DNA of 35,158 bases from Campylobacterota bacterium (GTDB lineage Bacteria; Campylobacterota; Campylobacteria; Campylobacterales; Sulfurimonadaceae): NCBI GenBank assembly GCA_034717975.1, contig JAYEMF010000111.1:1-35158 (forward strand). Reading direction: 5' to 3'. The position numbers were made by a program, and so were the translations under genes. The notes beneath the pieces were generated by a model that was not told where the DNA came from, made no database searches, and saw only the letters and a program-made list of their open reading frames with translations. Positions 7,920-16,493 of the stretch are shown here, piece by piece. The stretch's first letter is position 1. Each line of letters starts with the position of its first letter.

Positions 7920-9064
7920 CATTTTGTTTCACCTAATGCCTGTTTAATGCGCATCAACGCTTCTTTTGTACGCGCTTCACTCTCTACCAGTGCGATCCGG
8001 ACAAACCCTTTACCGGGGTTGTTGCCGTTTGCATCAGTCCGTGCGAGATACTCACCCGGCAGGACTTTGACATTGTAATCGGCGTAGAGGCGCTTGGTAA
8101 ACTCAAGCGCGTCATCCACCTGCAGCCAGATATAGAAGGTTGCTTCCGGGGTATCAACGCCCAATATTTCACTGGCCAGTTCAAAATTTCGCTTATAGAC
8201 TTCGCGCGATGCGGCTACATGTGTCTCCTCCTGCCATGCAGCAGCGGCGGCCGCCTGGAGCGGAAGGGGAGATGCCGCACCGACATAGGTACGGTACTTC
8301 ATGTAGGCTTTCAGTATCTCTGCATCACCGGCAATAAATCCGGAGCGCAGTCCCGGAGCGGAAGAGCGTTTGGAGATCGAATTGATCACCAGTACATTTT
8401 TCAGGCTCTCATTGCCGACATGCTTAGCCGCTTCCAGCAGTGATGGCGGCGGTGTATCGGTATAGATCTCGCTGTAGCACTCATCATTCATCAGTACAAA
8501 ATCATGCTTCAGCGCCAGTTTAACCCACTCGCCAAGTTCATCAAGAGTCAATACCGAAGCGGTCGGGTTGTTTGGGAAGTTCAGAATGACCAGGTCACAC
8601 CTGGTCAGTTCCGTTTCGTCAATCGCCGGTTTAAATCCATTGGCTTCATCGAGATTTAAAAAGTTCATCTCTGCACGGCTGGCGATAGCCGCACCTTCGT
8701 AGATCTGGTAAAACGGGTTGGTAAAAGCCATCACCGGGGCTTCTTTCTCAAAGAGCAGAAACTGCGGGAAGTTGAAAAGCACTTCGCGGGTACCAAAGGT
8801 CGGAATGATCTCCTGATCACTTAAGCTCACGCCAAAACGCTTGGAGACAAACGACTGCATCGCCGTTTTCAGATCCGCTTCACCGGCGGTTTTCGGATAC
8901 TTTTTCAGGAGCGATGAACTCGCTTTCAATCTCTCCTGAATAAAATCAGGCGTCTCAAACTGGGGTTCACCAATGGTCAGGGCAATAGGGTCATAAGTAC
9001 TGTTTGATACGACCGTTTCAAGCAGGGTTGTCAGTTTTTCAAATGGATAGGGTTCAAATTGCAA
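7919..9064 (-). CDS. dapC: Succinyldiaminopimelate transaminase (PLP class I/II)
   Basis: LTIGEPQ, GTREVLF, NFPNNPT, DECYSEIY, SISKRSSAPGLRSGF; TTG start. Confidence 0.88.
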   Translation of the reverse strand: MQFEPYPFEKLTTLLETVVSNSTYDPIALTIGEPQFETPDFIQERLKASSSLLKKYPKTAGEADLKTAMQSFVSKRFGVSLSDQEIIPTFGTREVLFNFPQFLLFEKEAPVMAFTNPFYQIYEGAAIASRAEMNFLNLDEANGFKPAIDETELTRCDLVILNFPNNPTASVLTLDELGEWVKLALKHDFVLMNDECYSEIYTDTPPPSLLEAAKHVGNESLKNVLVINSISKRSSAPGLRSGFIAGDAEILKAYMKYRTYVGAASPLPLQAAAAAAWQEETHVAASREVYKRNFELASEILGVDTPEATFYIWLQVDDALEFTKRLYADYNVKVLPGEYLARTDANGNNPGKGFVRIALVESEARTKEALMRIKQALGETK

Positions 9065-9093
9065 TGGGCTACTCGTCTCATATAATTGACGCG

Positions 9094-9099
9094 ATTATA
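9094..9099 (-). promoter_or_regulatory. Putative -10 box for the dapC-murC-mutS2 operon
   Basis: GGGTATAAT on the minus strand about 30 nt upstream of the dapC start. Confidence 0.55.
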
Positions 9100-9111
9100 C
9101 CCTCTTTCTAC

Positions 9112-11778
9112 TTAGCACTCTGATACCACGCGGTTACGCCCTTTGGTTTTAGCCAGATAGAGGCAGTCATCGGCATGACTCAACCACAATTTACTCCCCT
9201 TCTCATCATCATACTCCGACACCCCGATACTCACAGTGATATGGCCGCCCTCTTTAAAGAGGTGTTTTGCAATTTTTTCCCGTAACCGTTCAGCGATCAT
9301 GGTTGCCTTCTCCTTATCAGTATGCGGCAGCAGGACAAGAAACTCCTCCCCGCCCCACCGAGATGGCAGATCTTCGCCTCTTGAAAAGGCACGGATAATC
9401 CGTGCAGTCTCTTTAAGCACATAATCTCCAATGAGATGGCCGTAGGTATCATTGACCTGCTTGAAAAAGTCGATATCCAGCAAAAAGAGCGAGAGTGGAT
9501 GGCCATGTCGACGGTGACTCTCAATCTCACGCTGCATCTGTGACTCAAAAAGGTGACGGTTAGCCAGACCGGTAAGCTGGTCGTGTGTTGCCAAAATCTT
9601 TAACTGGGCATTCGTCTCTTCAAGACGACGCTGCTGCTCTTTTTGCATCGTGATATCGACAATAGCTGAAATCCGGACGTTTTCACCTCTAAACTGGGCA
9701 TCCGCACCTTTCACCAAAACGGTAACGTACTGACCGCTCTTACTGACCAATTCAAGTTCATAGGGACCGACAACACTCTGCTGCAAATTCTTGATCAACT
9801 GCTCATGATACTTCGGAACAACAAATTCTAACGGAGATTTGCCAATCATCTCTTTTCTGCTATACCCAAAAAGTCCTTCCGTTGAGTCATTTACCTCAAT
9901 GATCACTCCATCTTTCATGATAACAATCGCCTCAAGCGTCGAATTAAAGAGTGCGACAAAACTCTCCAACATTTCGCTGGCTTCTTTTTGCACTTCAATA
10001 AGCTTCCTGTTTTGCAAACGCTGACGAGCGATAATCACTGCCAGCAGCAAGCCGATCAAACCCGCTGAACCGACAATCTTCCATATCAAGGTGTAGTCAA
10101 TTCCCTTTTCATAGCTGATGGATATCCATCGGTTTAATACCTCCTGATGCTGTTCGCGAGTCAGCGTTGCGATCGCCTTCTCAAAGATACCTTGCAGCAG
10201 CGGCTCGTCATTTCGGGTACCAACCGCCAGTTCAAACTTCTCTTCAAATTTTCCCGCGATCTTCAGCTCCCCGGGAAAATTTCGCTGAATCTGATAGCCT
10301 ACTGCGGCAAGGGCATCGGCAAAACCGTAGAGTTCTCCTTCTGCTACCTGCTGCAAGCCCTCCTGCAGGCTATCCACATCCACAAGGTCAATGTTCGGGT
10401 AACGGTTACGCAGGATTTCGCCATAAGCGTACCCTGTAACCACGCCGACACGCTTATTATTTAAAGTGCTTACATCGGAGACGAATAGCTTATCATTCGT
10501 TGTAGCAACCACCAGCGGCATATCAATATAGGGTGTCGTAAAGTCCATGTAGGTTTTACGTTCGGGCGTCTCCATCGCCAGTGAATAGATATCACATTTT
10601 CTACTCTTTGCCAGCTCGATCGATTCACTCCAGCTCTTGACCGGCATCATCTCAATCGGCACCCCGATATGCTCAGACAATAGTCTGAAATAGTCTGCTG
10701 TCATACCAATATGCATGCCCTTTTCGATCTTCTCAAACGGCATCCAGTCGGGGTCGATACACATGGTAATACGCTTTTTGGCATCTAAATATTTTGCTTC
10801 ATCATCACTAAGCCCGCTGTACTTGTGCCTATGTTCATCATAGATATAGTCATCAATGAACTCAGAACTTTTGATCAATCCGCTCTGCTTTAAAAAATTG
10901 GCATTTCGATAGATCTGATCTTTCGGAAGGCTGCCAATCGGATAGAAATCAGGCATGATCAATCGCTCAATAGCCCCCGCTTCATACCGTAAGGCTGCCA
11001 TAGACTTACGCTGTGAATAACGCTTGTAAATTATAGTGATCAGCTCCTCTTTATGTTCCAAAGCATAAATCCATCCCCTGAGACTTGCTTCCATAAAACG
11101 TTTGACCATCGGTTCAGAACTTTCCATCGTCTGTTTTGATGTGAAAAGATTCAGACCAAGCGAGTTGATGTTGTATGCGGTCGGATCCAATATGTTATAG
11201 CCTACCTGTCTTTCCTGCAGTTCAAAAAGTTCGTTGGAGAGGTAAACGGTCATGGCATCGACATCACCGTTTATAAAGGTATCCACGTTGAAGGTATGTT
11301 CAATATGGGTATAGTGTCTGTCATCGATGCCGAATTTTTTCAACATCAAGCTAACCGAGCTCGTCTCCAGCTGGTCTGCAGCGGCCATGACCGTCTTGCC
11401 AATCAGATCTTTTGGCGTAAAGATATCTGGCTTGACGACAAGGGCCAGTGCCGGTCGTTTGAGATAATTCTGCAGCCAGACCACCGGCTTTTTCTTATCG
11501 GCCAGTAATGTCAGATCATCATGCCACACACCAAAGTCGGCGCGACCGTCAATGACCTCTTCGTCTATCTTCATACCGGTTTCATACTCTTTAAGCTTTA
11601 CATCAAGTCCCGATTGCCTGTAAAACCCTTTTTCATAAGCCGCAATAAAACCGGCAAATTCGAACTGGTATTTCCAGTTCAACTGGAGGGTAACAGGTTC
11701 CAGTTTTTTTGCGGAGTCAGTTGCATCTGCAATCAGGAGCAGAGGAAAGAGTAAAATCAGAGAGAGCCATTTATACAT
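9112..11778 (-). CDS. Diguanylate cyclase: NMT1/ABC substrate-binding + PBP2 + TM + PAS + GGEEF
   Basis: LQLNWKYQFEFAGF, CIDPDWMPFE, a TM helix, a PAS-like segment, DQLTGLANR, DIDFFKQVNDTYGH, RxxD I-site (RGED) five residues before GGEEF. Confidence 0.93.
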   Translation of the reverse strand: MYKWLSLILLFPLLLIADATDSAKKLEPVTLQLNWKYQFEFAGFIAAYEKGFYRQSGLDVKLKEYETGMKIDEEVIDGRADFGVWHDDLTLLADKKKPVVWLQNYLKRPALALVVKPDIFTPKDLIGKTVMAAADQLETSSVSLMLKKFGIDDRHYTHIEHTFNVDTFINGDVDAMTVYLSNELFELQERQVGYNILDPTAYNINSLGLNLFTSKQTMESSEPMVKRFMEASLRGWIYALEHKEELITIIYKRYSQRKSMAALRYEAGAIERLIMPDFYPIGSLPKDQIYRNANFLKQSGLIKSSEFIDDYIYDEHRHKYSGLSDDEAKYLDAKKRITMCIDPDWMPFEKIEKGMHIGMTADYFRLLSEHIGVPIEMMPVKSWSESIELAKSRKCDIYSLAMETPERKTYMDFTTPYIDMPLVVATTNDKLFVSDVSTLNNKRVGVVTGYAYGEILRNRYPNIDLVDVDSLQEGLQQVAEGELYGFADALAAVGYQIQRNFPGELKIAGKFEEKFELAVGTRNDEPLLQGIFEKAIATLTREQHQEVLNRWISISYEKGIDYTLIWKIVGSAGLIGLLLAVIIARQRLQNRKLIEVQKEASEMLESFVALFNSTLEAIVIMKDGVIIEVNDSTEGLFGYSRKEMIGKSPLEFVVPKYHEQLIKNLQQSVVGPYELELVSKSGQYVTVLVKGADAQFRGENVRISAIVDITMQKEQQRRLEETNAQLKILATHDQLTGLANRHLFESQMQREIESHRRHGHPLSLFLLDIDFFKQVNDTYGHLIGDYVLKETARIIRAFSRGEDLPSRWGGEEFLVLLPHTDKEKATMIAERLREKIAKHLFKEGGHITVSIGVSEYDDEKGSKLWLSHADDCLYLAKTKGRNRVVSEC

Positions 11779-11796
11779 GTAGTCATTTTACACTAA

Positions 11797-11907
11797 AAAA
11801 CTTTATTGCTTTCACCAAATCAGATAAAGACATTGATGGTGGAACACGTTAAAGAGTATAGTGATGAGGATATTGAGGCAGTGGCGAAATATATTGAAAG
11901 TTTTTAG
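11797..11907 (+). pseudogene. Remnant C-terminus of a class I cytochrome c (c553-like)
   Basis: Frame reads ...QIKTLMVEHVKEYSDEDIEAVAKYIESF*; no CXXCH; in-frame TAA at 11794. Confidence 0.6.
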
Positions 11908-11996
11908 ATTTACTTTAGTGGATTTTTTAGCTTAGCGACTTAATTACGCTTTTTTGAGTCTTTCAAAAATATTTTGATAATTAAACTTTTCTGTGA

Positions 11997-12425
11997 GTGT
12001 CTCTTACTTTCTTTTTGTTCTCGGCAAAAAGAAAGTAAGCAAAGAAAAACTCGCTACCACAGGCTCCGCGGATTCAGCTAGATAGATGTGCGGCAAGAGC
12101 ATCAGGCTGACACTCAATATCATGGCCTATTGAACTACTCCAGATCTAATAAGCCTGAGCATGCATGACAACGCAAGCGTTGTATTTCGCAAAGCGAAAT
12201 AAATTATCATCAATGCGTTCCACAATAGATAAACTCTTGTGCATTTGGAAAACCGATTGTTGGAGTATTTCAGGCGTGAAAAAAATGCATCTGTTTGAGC
12301 GAAGCGAGTTTTGCATTTTTAGTCTGAAATACTTCGACAAGCGGGAACCTCCAGCCAGGAGGTTTTCCAACCGGCACAAGGCGCTTTTTGCTTACTTTTT
12401 TGCAAGCAAAAAAAGTAAGAGACAC
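11997..12425 (+). mobile_element. Non-coding, highly structured element with terminal inverted repeats (MITE-like or ncRNA)
   Basis: 14-bp perfect inverted repeat GTGTCTCTTACTTT/AAAGTAAGAGACAC, a hairpin at each end and multiple nested internal stems. Confidence 0.65.
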
Positions 12426-12481
12426 CGGCAATAAAAGTAATATTGATTAAAAGTCTGAAAGTGACAAGACACATAAGCTGT

Positions 12482-12509
12482 GGATCCCCGGGTCAAGCCC
12501 GAGGATGAC
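12482..12509 (-). repeat. GTCAT-type REP-like palindrome
   Basis: ggatccccgggtcaagcccgaggatgac, closely similar to 16415-16440. Confidence 0.8.
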
Positions 12510-12536
12510 TGGTGGGGGAGGAAAGATGTAAAAAAG

Positions 12537-13208
12537 TTACGCTGTCGGCAACCCAAACTTCTGCGTAACCAACTCCCCATCATCATTAAAAAAGAGATAG
12601 TAGAGATAGTCTTTTTTCACACTCAATCCAGCCAGATACCTCAATGCCAGATTTGCCTGCAACGAAGCGATATGCAGGACAATCGGCGCGGCAATTCCCG
12701 CCGGAGTCTTCTGTGTGATCTTGAAAACATCATTGAAGGAAGCACGATCAAAGAAGCAAACCTGCCCGTTAAAGGCTTCGACTGAACCGTAGACCCATGG
12801 CGTATTGACAGACTTGGCATACTCGTTGATCTTTCCGCGCACAGGAAGGTTATCAGTCGCATCGATGATGAGATCTACCTCGATCCCCTTCGCGGCAAAT
12901 GCATCAAAATCACACTCATGCGCAACTGCTTTGACGTAAGGGCAGCGCTCTTCCATCACTTTAACGGCAATGGCTGCTTTGTTTTTTCCCTCATCGCCTA
13001 CTTTAAACGCGATCTGACGGTGGATATTGTGGATACTCACCTCATCAAAATCGATCATATGGATCTCACCGATCCCTGAAGCTCCAAGTGCAAAAGAGAG
13101 CGATGATCCAAGACCGCCGCTTCCGATGATCGCTATCTTTTTATCTTGTAAAGAGCGCTGTGTCTCTTCACCCCAGAGCTGAACCTGACGGTGGAAATAA
13201 TGCATCAT
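12537..13208 (-). CDS. ThiF/MoeB/HesA family adenylyltransferase
   Basis: RQVQLWG, GSGGLGS, DFDEVSIHNIHRQ, DATDN. Confidence 0.92.
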   Translation of the reverse strand: MMHYFHRQVQLWGEETQRSLQDKKIAIIGSGGLGSSLSFALGASGIGEIHMIDFDEVSIHNIHRQIAFKVGDEGKNKAAIAVKVMEERCPYVKAVAHECDFDAFAAKGIEVDLIIDATDNLPVRGKINEYAKSVNTPWVYGSVEAFNGQVCFFDRASFNDVFKITQKTPAGIAAPIVLHIASLQANLALRYLAGLSVKKDYLYYLFFNDDGELVTQKFGLPTA

Positions 13209-13283
13209 AAGCTTGGCCTTTGAAAATTATTTTGTGAGTGTAGCATTTTTATCTCTTAAAGTTGATATACCTGAGCACCCTGC

Positions 13284-15701
13284 TCAGATATCATCTTTTT
13301 CAGGCATCGTGATGTTATGGCTTGGAATCGGCATGGCAATGCCGGCTTTTCGGATGGCATCATATACACCCAAAGCCACCTCACTTTTTGTGCGTATGAT
13401 CTCTTCGCTGACCCAGTAGTAGAGCTTAAACTCCAGATAGTACTCGCCAAAACCTTTAAACGCGGCAGCCGGTTCAGGATCATCCAGAACATATTCATGA
13501 TTGAGAGCAACCTCTTTCATCAATGCCAGTACCTGATGCGGATCACTTCCAAAAGCGACTTTAAAGAGGAGTTCTGCACGGCGTTGGTTATCTGATAGGG
13601 TCCAGTTCGTCACCTTTTGTGAAATAAAATCGGCATTTGGTACAATCACTTCCGAGCCATCGAAAGTTTCGACAGAGCTCGAACGCACACCGATCGATTT
13701 TACCTTCCCGAAGGTATTATCCATCTCGATGGTATCGCCGATCTGCACAGGCCGTTCAAAGACCATGATGATTCCGGAGACGAAGTTGGCGATGATATTT
13801 CGAAGACCGAAACCAAGACCCACCCCAAGTGCTCCGGCAAGCAGGCCAAGGTGGCTCATATTGAGACCAAGCGAGGAGAGTGCCAGCAAAAATCCAAGGG
13901 CGACAATAAAGTAACGGATTACCATAGAGATAGCTGTCGGCACACCTCTTGGCAGTTTGATTCTTGGAAAGACTTCCAGGTGAAGAAACATACGTACCGC
14001 TTTGATAATCAGCCATGTCATCATTAAAACGAACATAAAACTGCCAATCGCTTCAATCGTAATAGAGACCGATCCAAAATACCACTTATGCATTACCAGC
14101 TCATCCAGCCACGCTTTGACCGGTGTCAAAACACCAAATGTCTTCGCACTGTAATAAGCCCAGATACCAAAGGAGACAACAGTGATAAAATAGCTTACAC
14201 TCCCCTGCATCTCCCTTGAGTAAGCCTTGACAATATAGAGTGATTCAGAAGCGCGCCGTCGAATGAAAAGAACCGCCAGTCCGATAAAAAGCTGTGAAAT
14301 CGCATACATCAACAGAAGAAACATTAACGTAATGGTCATACCTTCGCTAATACGTGTCGCAAGCGTAACACTGCCATAGAGGTTGGCCGCTATCGAAACT
14401 GCCATTATTACATACACAAGCGGTACCAGTTTTAGCAAAAACCTGAACCAGCCGTTTATCGGCAGCTCATATATAAAACTGTTTTTTTGCACTAATTGAA
14501 AAAATCCGGCAATAATACCGATGGTTATACCCAGTAAAAGCAGGCGGTTGATAATTTCAAACTCACCTATACTCCTAATCATAAATACCATTGTGAAAAT
14601 GATGGCAATCGTATAGACATACCGCATAAAGCGTATATCTGCCATACGTCTGAAAATAATTACAATGGGGATGACCCCCAGCATCATCCCCAACTGGCCA
14701 AGGACAGCCGGCCGGTCACTGTAGATAAAGATGATGCTGAAAAGTGAAAGAATAATGGTTGCAGAGATCGGTCTGGAGACAAACGTAACGGAGCCCCACA
14801 CCTTTTCATCACGCTTGATAAAAAGCTCACGTCTTTTGTCTAAAACATAGAGATAGATCATCAATATCAGTAAAACAACTGTTATAAAACCATGAATGAT
14901 CAATCGGTCTTTATTGGTAACCAGATAGATACGGGCATCATTCAACATATCGCCCACAGAGACAAACAGAGCAGGAAAATAACCGGACAGGCTTACTTCA
15001 TCCGTACCAAAAAGCCAGAAAATCGGTTCACTTTCCTGTACAAAAAGTCGGTTGCTCTGTTTCTCTTCAACCTCTTTGATACGCTTCATCAGTTCAGATA
15101 TTTTCAGCATCTCACTCGATACCGAGTTGCTGCAGGTCAGGAGAACATCATACGTTATCTTGGTTTCATCATGATATGATTTAAGCTTTGCGAGTACCTC
15201 ATCAATACGTAAAGTGATCGCTTCTGGAGCATCTTCCGCTTTTGCTTTCAGAGCTGTTTGGGACCATAGGATTTCGCTCTTTTCAAATGCTTTAATCGCA
15301 TCACTATGTTTTGTAACATGCTGATCCAATCCAGTTTTCCACTCTTTGAACTGCTTATAACTGATGGACCACTGCTGATAGAGCTTCTGAAGTTTTCGGA
15401 TACTCTCATTTTCCAGATCGCTGTAGACCGGATTCTCATACTCATCCTGCAACGACTCAATAAAGGCCTCAATGCTCTTCTCCAGCTCTTTATCCTGCTC
15501 ACTCACTAGAAGTTTTCCATGGATATTGCCAAGTTCGACAATAGCACTGTTTGCCTGATCTGGTACATCGTTGACCAGAATAAAGGTGATCTCTTCTGGA
15601 GTGTTCGTCTCAGCAGGCAAATCGGTCTGCAGTGGTTTTGAGTCTGCACCGACAGCGATGGAAAAGAGAAGCAGTAGCAGTAACAGCGTTCTGTGTAGCA
15701 T
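13284..15701 (-). CDS. Large MscS-family (MscK-like) mechanosensitive channel
   Basis: Signal peptide, helical periplasmic domain, multiple TMs, GALGVGLGFGLRNIIANFVSG, ERPVQIGD, VIVPN. Start reset to the ATG at 15701 (GAGGA SD). Confidence 0.92.
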   Translation of the reverse strand: MLHRTLLLLLLLFSIAVGADSKPLQTDLPAETNTPEEITFILVNDVPDQANSAIVELGNIHGKLLVSEQDKELEKSIEAFIESLQDEYENPVYSDLENESIRKLQKLYQQWSISYKQFKEWKTGLDQHVTKHSDAIKAFEKSEILWSQTALKAKAEDAPEAITLRIDEVLAKLKSYHDETKITYDVLLTCSNSVSSEMLKISELMKRIKEVEEKQSNRLFVQESEPIFWLFGTDEVSLSGYFPALFVSVGDMLNDARIYLVTNKDRLIIHGFITVVLLILMIYLYVLDKRRELFIKRDEKVWGSVTFVSRPISATIILSLFSIIFIYSDRPAVLGQLGMMLGVIPIVIIFRRMADIRFMRYVYTIAIIFTMVFMIRSIGEFEIINRLLLLGITIGIIAGFFQLVQKNSFIYELPINGWFRFLLKLVPLVYVIMAVSIAANLYGSVTLATRISEGMTITLMFLLLMYAISQLFIGLAVLFIRRRASESLYIVKAYSREMQGSVSYFITVVSFGIWAYYSAKTFGVLTPVKAWLDELVMHKWYFGSVSITIEAIGSFMFVLMMTWLIIKAVRMFLHLEVFPRIKLPRGVPTAISMVIRYFIVALGFLLALSSLGLNMSHLGLLAGALGVGLGFGLRNIIANFVSGIIMVFERPVQIGDTIEMDNTFGKVKSIGVRSSSVETFDGSEVIVPNADFISQKVTNWTLSDNQRRAELLFKVAFGSDPHQVLALMKEVALNHEYVLDDPEPAAAFKGFGEYYLEFKLYYWVSEEIIRTKSEVALGVYDAIRKAGIAMPIPSHNITMPEKDDI

Positions 15702-15741
15702 TAGTATCCTCGCATTCAATATAGGGGCATCTCTAAAGACA

Positions 15742-15892
15742 CACGGTAATGCAAAACTCACCTCTGTTTAAGGTGTACGCTCTGTCATTCCTGCGAAGGC
15801 AGGAATCTAAGCCTCAAATACTCAAGATTCCTGCCTTCGCAGGAATAACGGCATGCGCTATTTAATGTAAATCTTAGTTTTGATTTACCGTA
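15742..15892. mobile_element. 151-bp MITE with 9-bp target duplication carrying a REP doublet
   Basis: Terminal inverted repeats CACGGTAATGCAAAACT / TACGGTAAATCAAAACT (14/17); flanking direct repeat CTAAAGACA at 15733-15741 and 15893-15901. Confidence 0.8.
15784..15849. repeat. Inverted doublet of GTCATTCCTGCGAAGGCAGGAATCT REP-like palindrome
   Basis: Copies at 15784-15808 (+) and 15825-15849 (-), separated by 16 nt. Confidence 0.9.
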
Positions 15893-15964
15893 CTAAAGAC
15901 ACTGTAATGAAGCATTGTAAACAAAAATGGCTTATAATACACGTTCACAAAACAGGATAGACAC

Positions 15965-16390
15965 GTGAAAGAGAAATTTTCAGAAGATTTTCCAAAATTC
16001 AAAGCCAAGATCCACAACTTTGTTGTTTCGCAGAACTTTGCCGCCAAAGTCGAATATTATGACAAGCTTCTGCATGAGATGGCCTCCGTCGCACCCGATG
16101 ATATGAAAGCGTATGTTGAGCGTTCACCCTCTTTTCTACCGCTTCGCAACAAAAGCCTGCAGATCATGGAGATGATCGTCGATCTTCACAATGACCTTGA
16201 CGCTCTCTTTAAGATGGATGAAGCGGCGTTAGGGGCGAAATTCGATCATGATCTTGCCAAAATCGATCAGAAGGTCGCGGCCAATCTGAAAGAAGCAGCC
16301 AACCTGATCCATCAGTTCGAACAGGTCAGTGAACAGGGACGCAAAGCGATTGAACAGGTTGATTCACCGTTTTTCTCGCAAACACTTTAA
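15965..16390 (+). CDS. Hypothetical helical protein
   Basis: 141 aa, GTG start with AGGA SD, TATAAT about 30 nt upstream. Confidence 0.75.
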   Translation: MKEKFSEDFPKFKAKIHNFVVSQNFAAKVEYYDKLLHEMASVAPDDMKAYVERSPSFLPLRNKSLQIMEMIVDLHNDLDALFKMDEAALGAKFDHDLAKIDQKVAANLKEAANLIHQFEQVSEQGRKAIEQVDSPFFSQTL

Positions 16391-16414
16391 TTAACGAGTA
16401 AAGCTCCCATTTGT

Positions 16415-16472
16415 AGATTCCGGGTCAAGCCCGGAATGACGGGGTTTGTCATCCTGAACTTGATTCAGGATC
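16415..16472. repeat. Two GTCAT-type REP-like palindromes between convergent genes
   Basis: agattccgggtcaagcccggaatgac and gtcatcctgaacttgattcaggatc. Confidence 0.85.
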
Positions 16473-16493
16473 CAGCTTTTACAAGGGTCTAAT

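Noticed and set aside
12146..12785. Short ORFs over the structured element and REP
   Set aside because: Mutually overlapping, no SD or motifs, explained by palindromic non-coding DNA.
15702..15761. Upstream start of the MscS gene at 15761
   Set aside because: It lies within the MITE; ATG 15701 has a GAGGA SD and begins a signal peptide.
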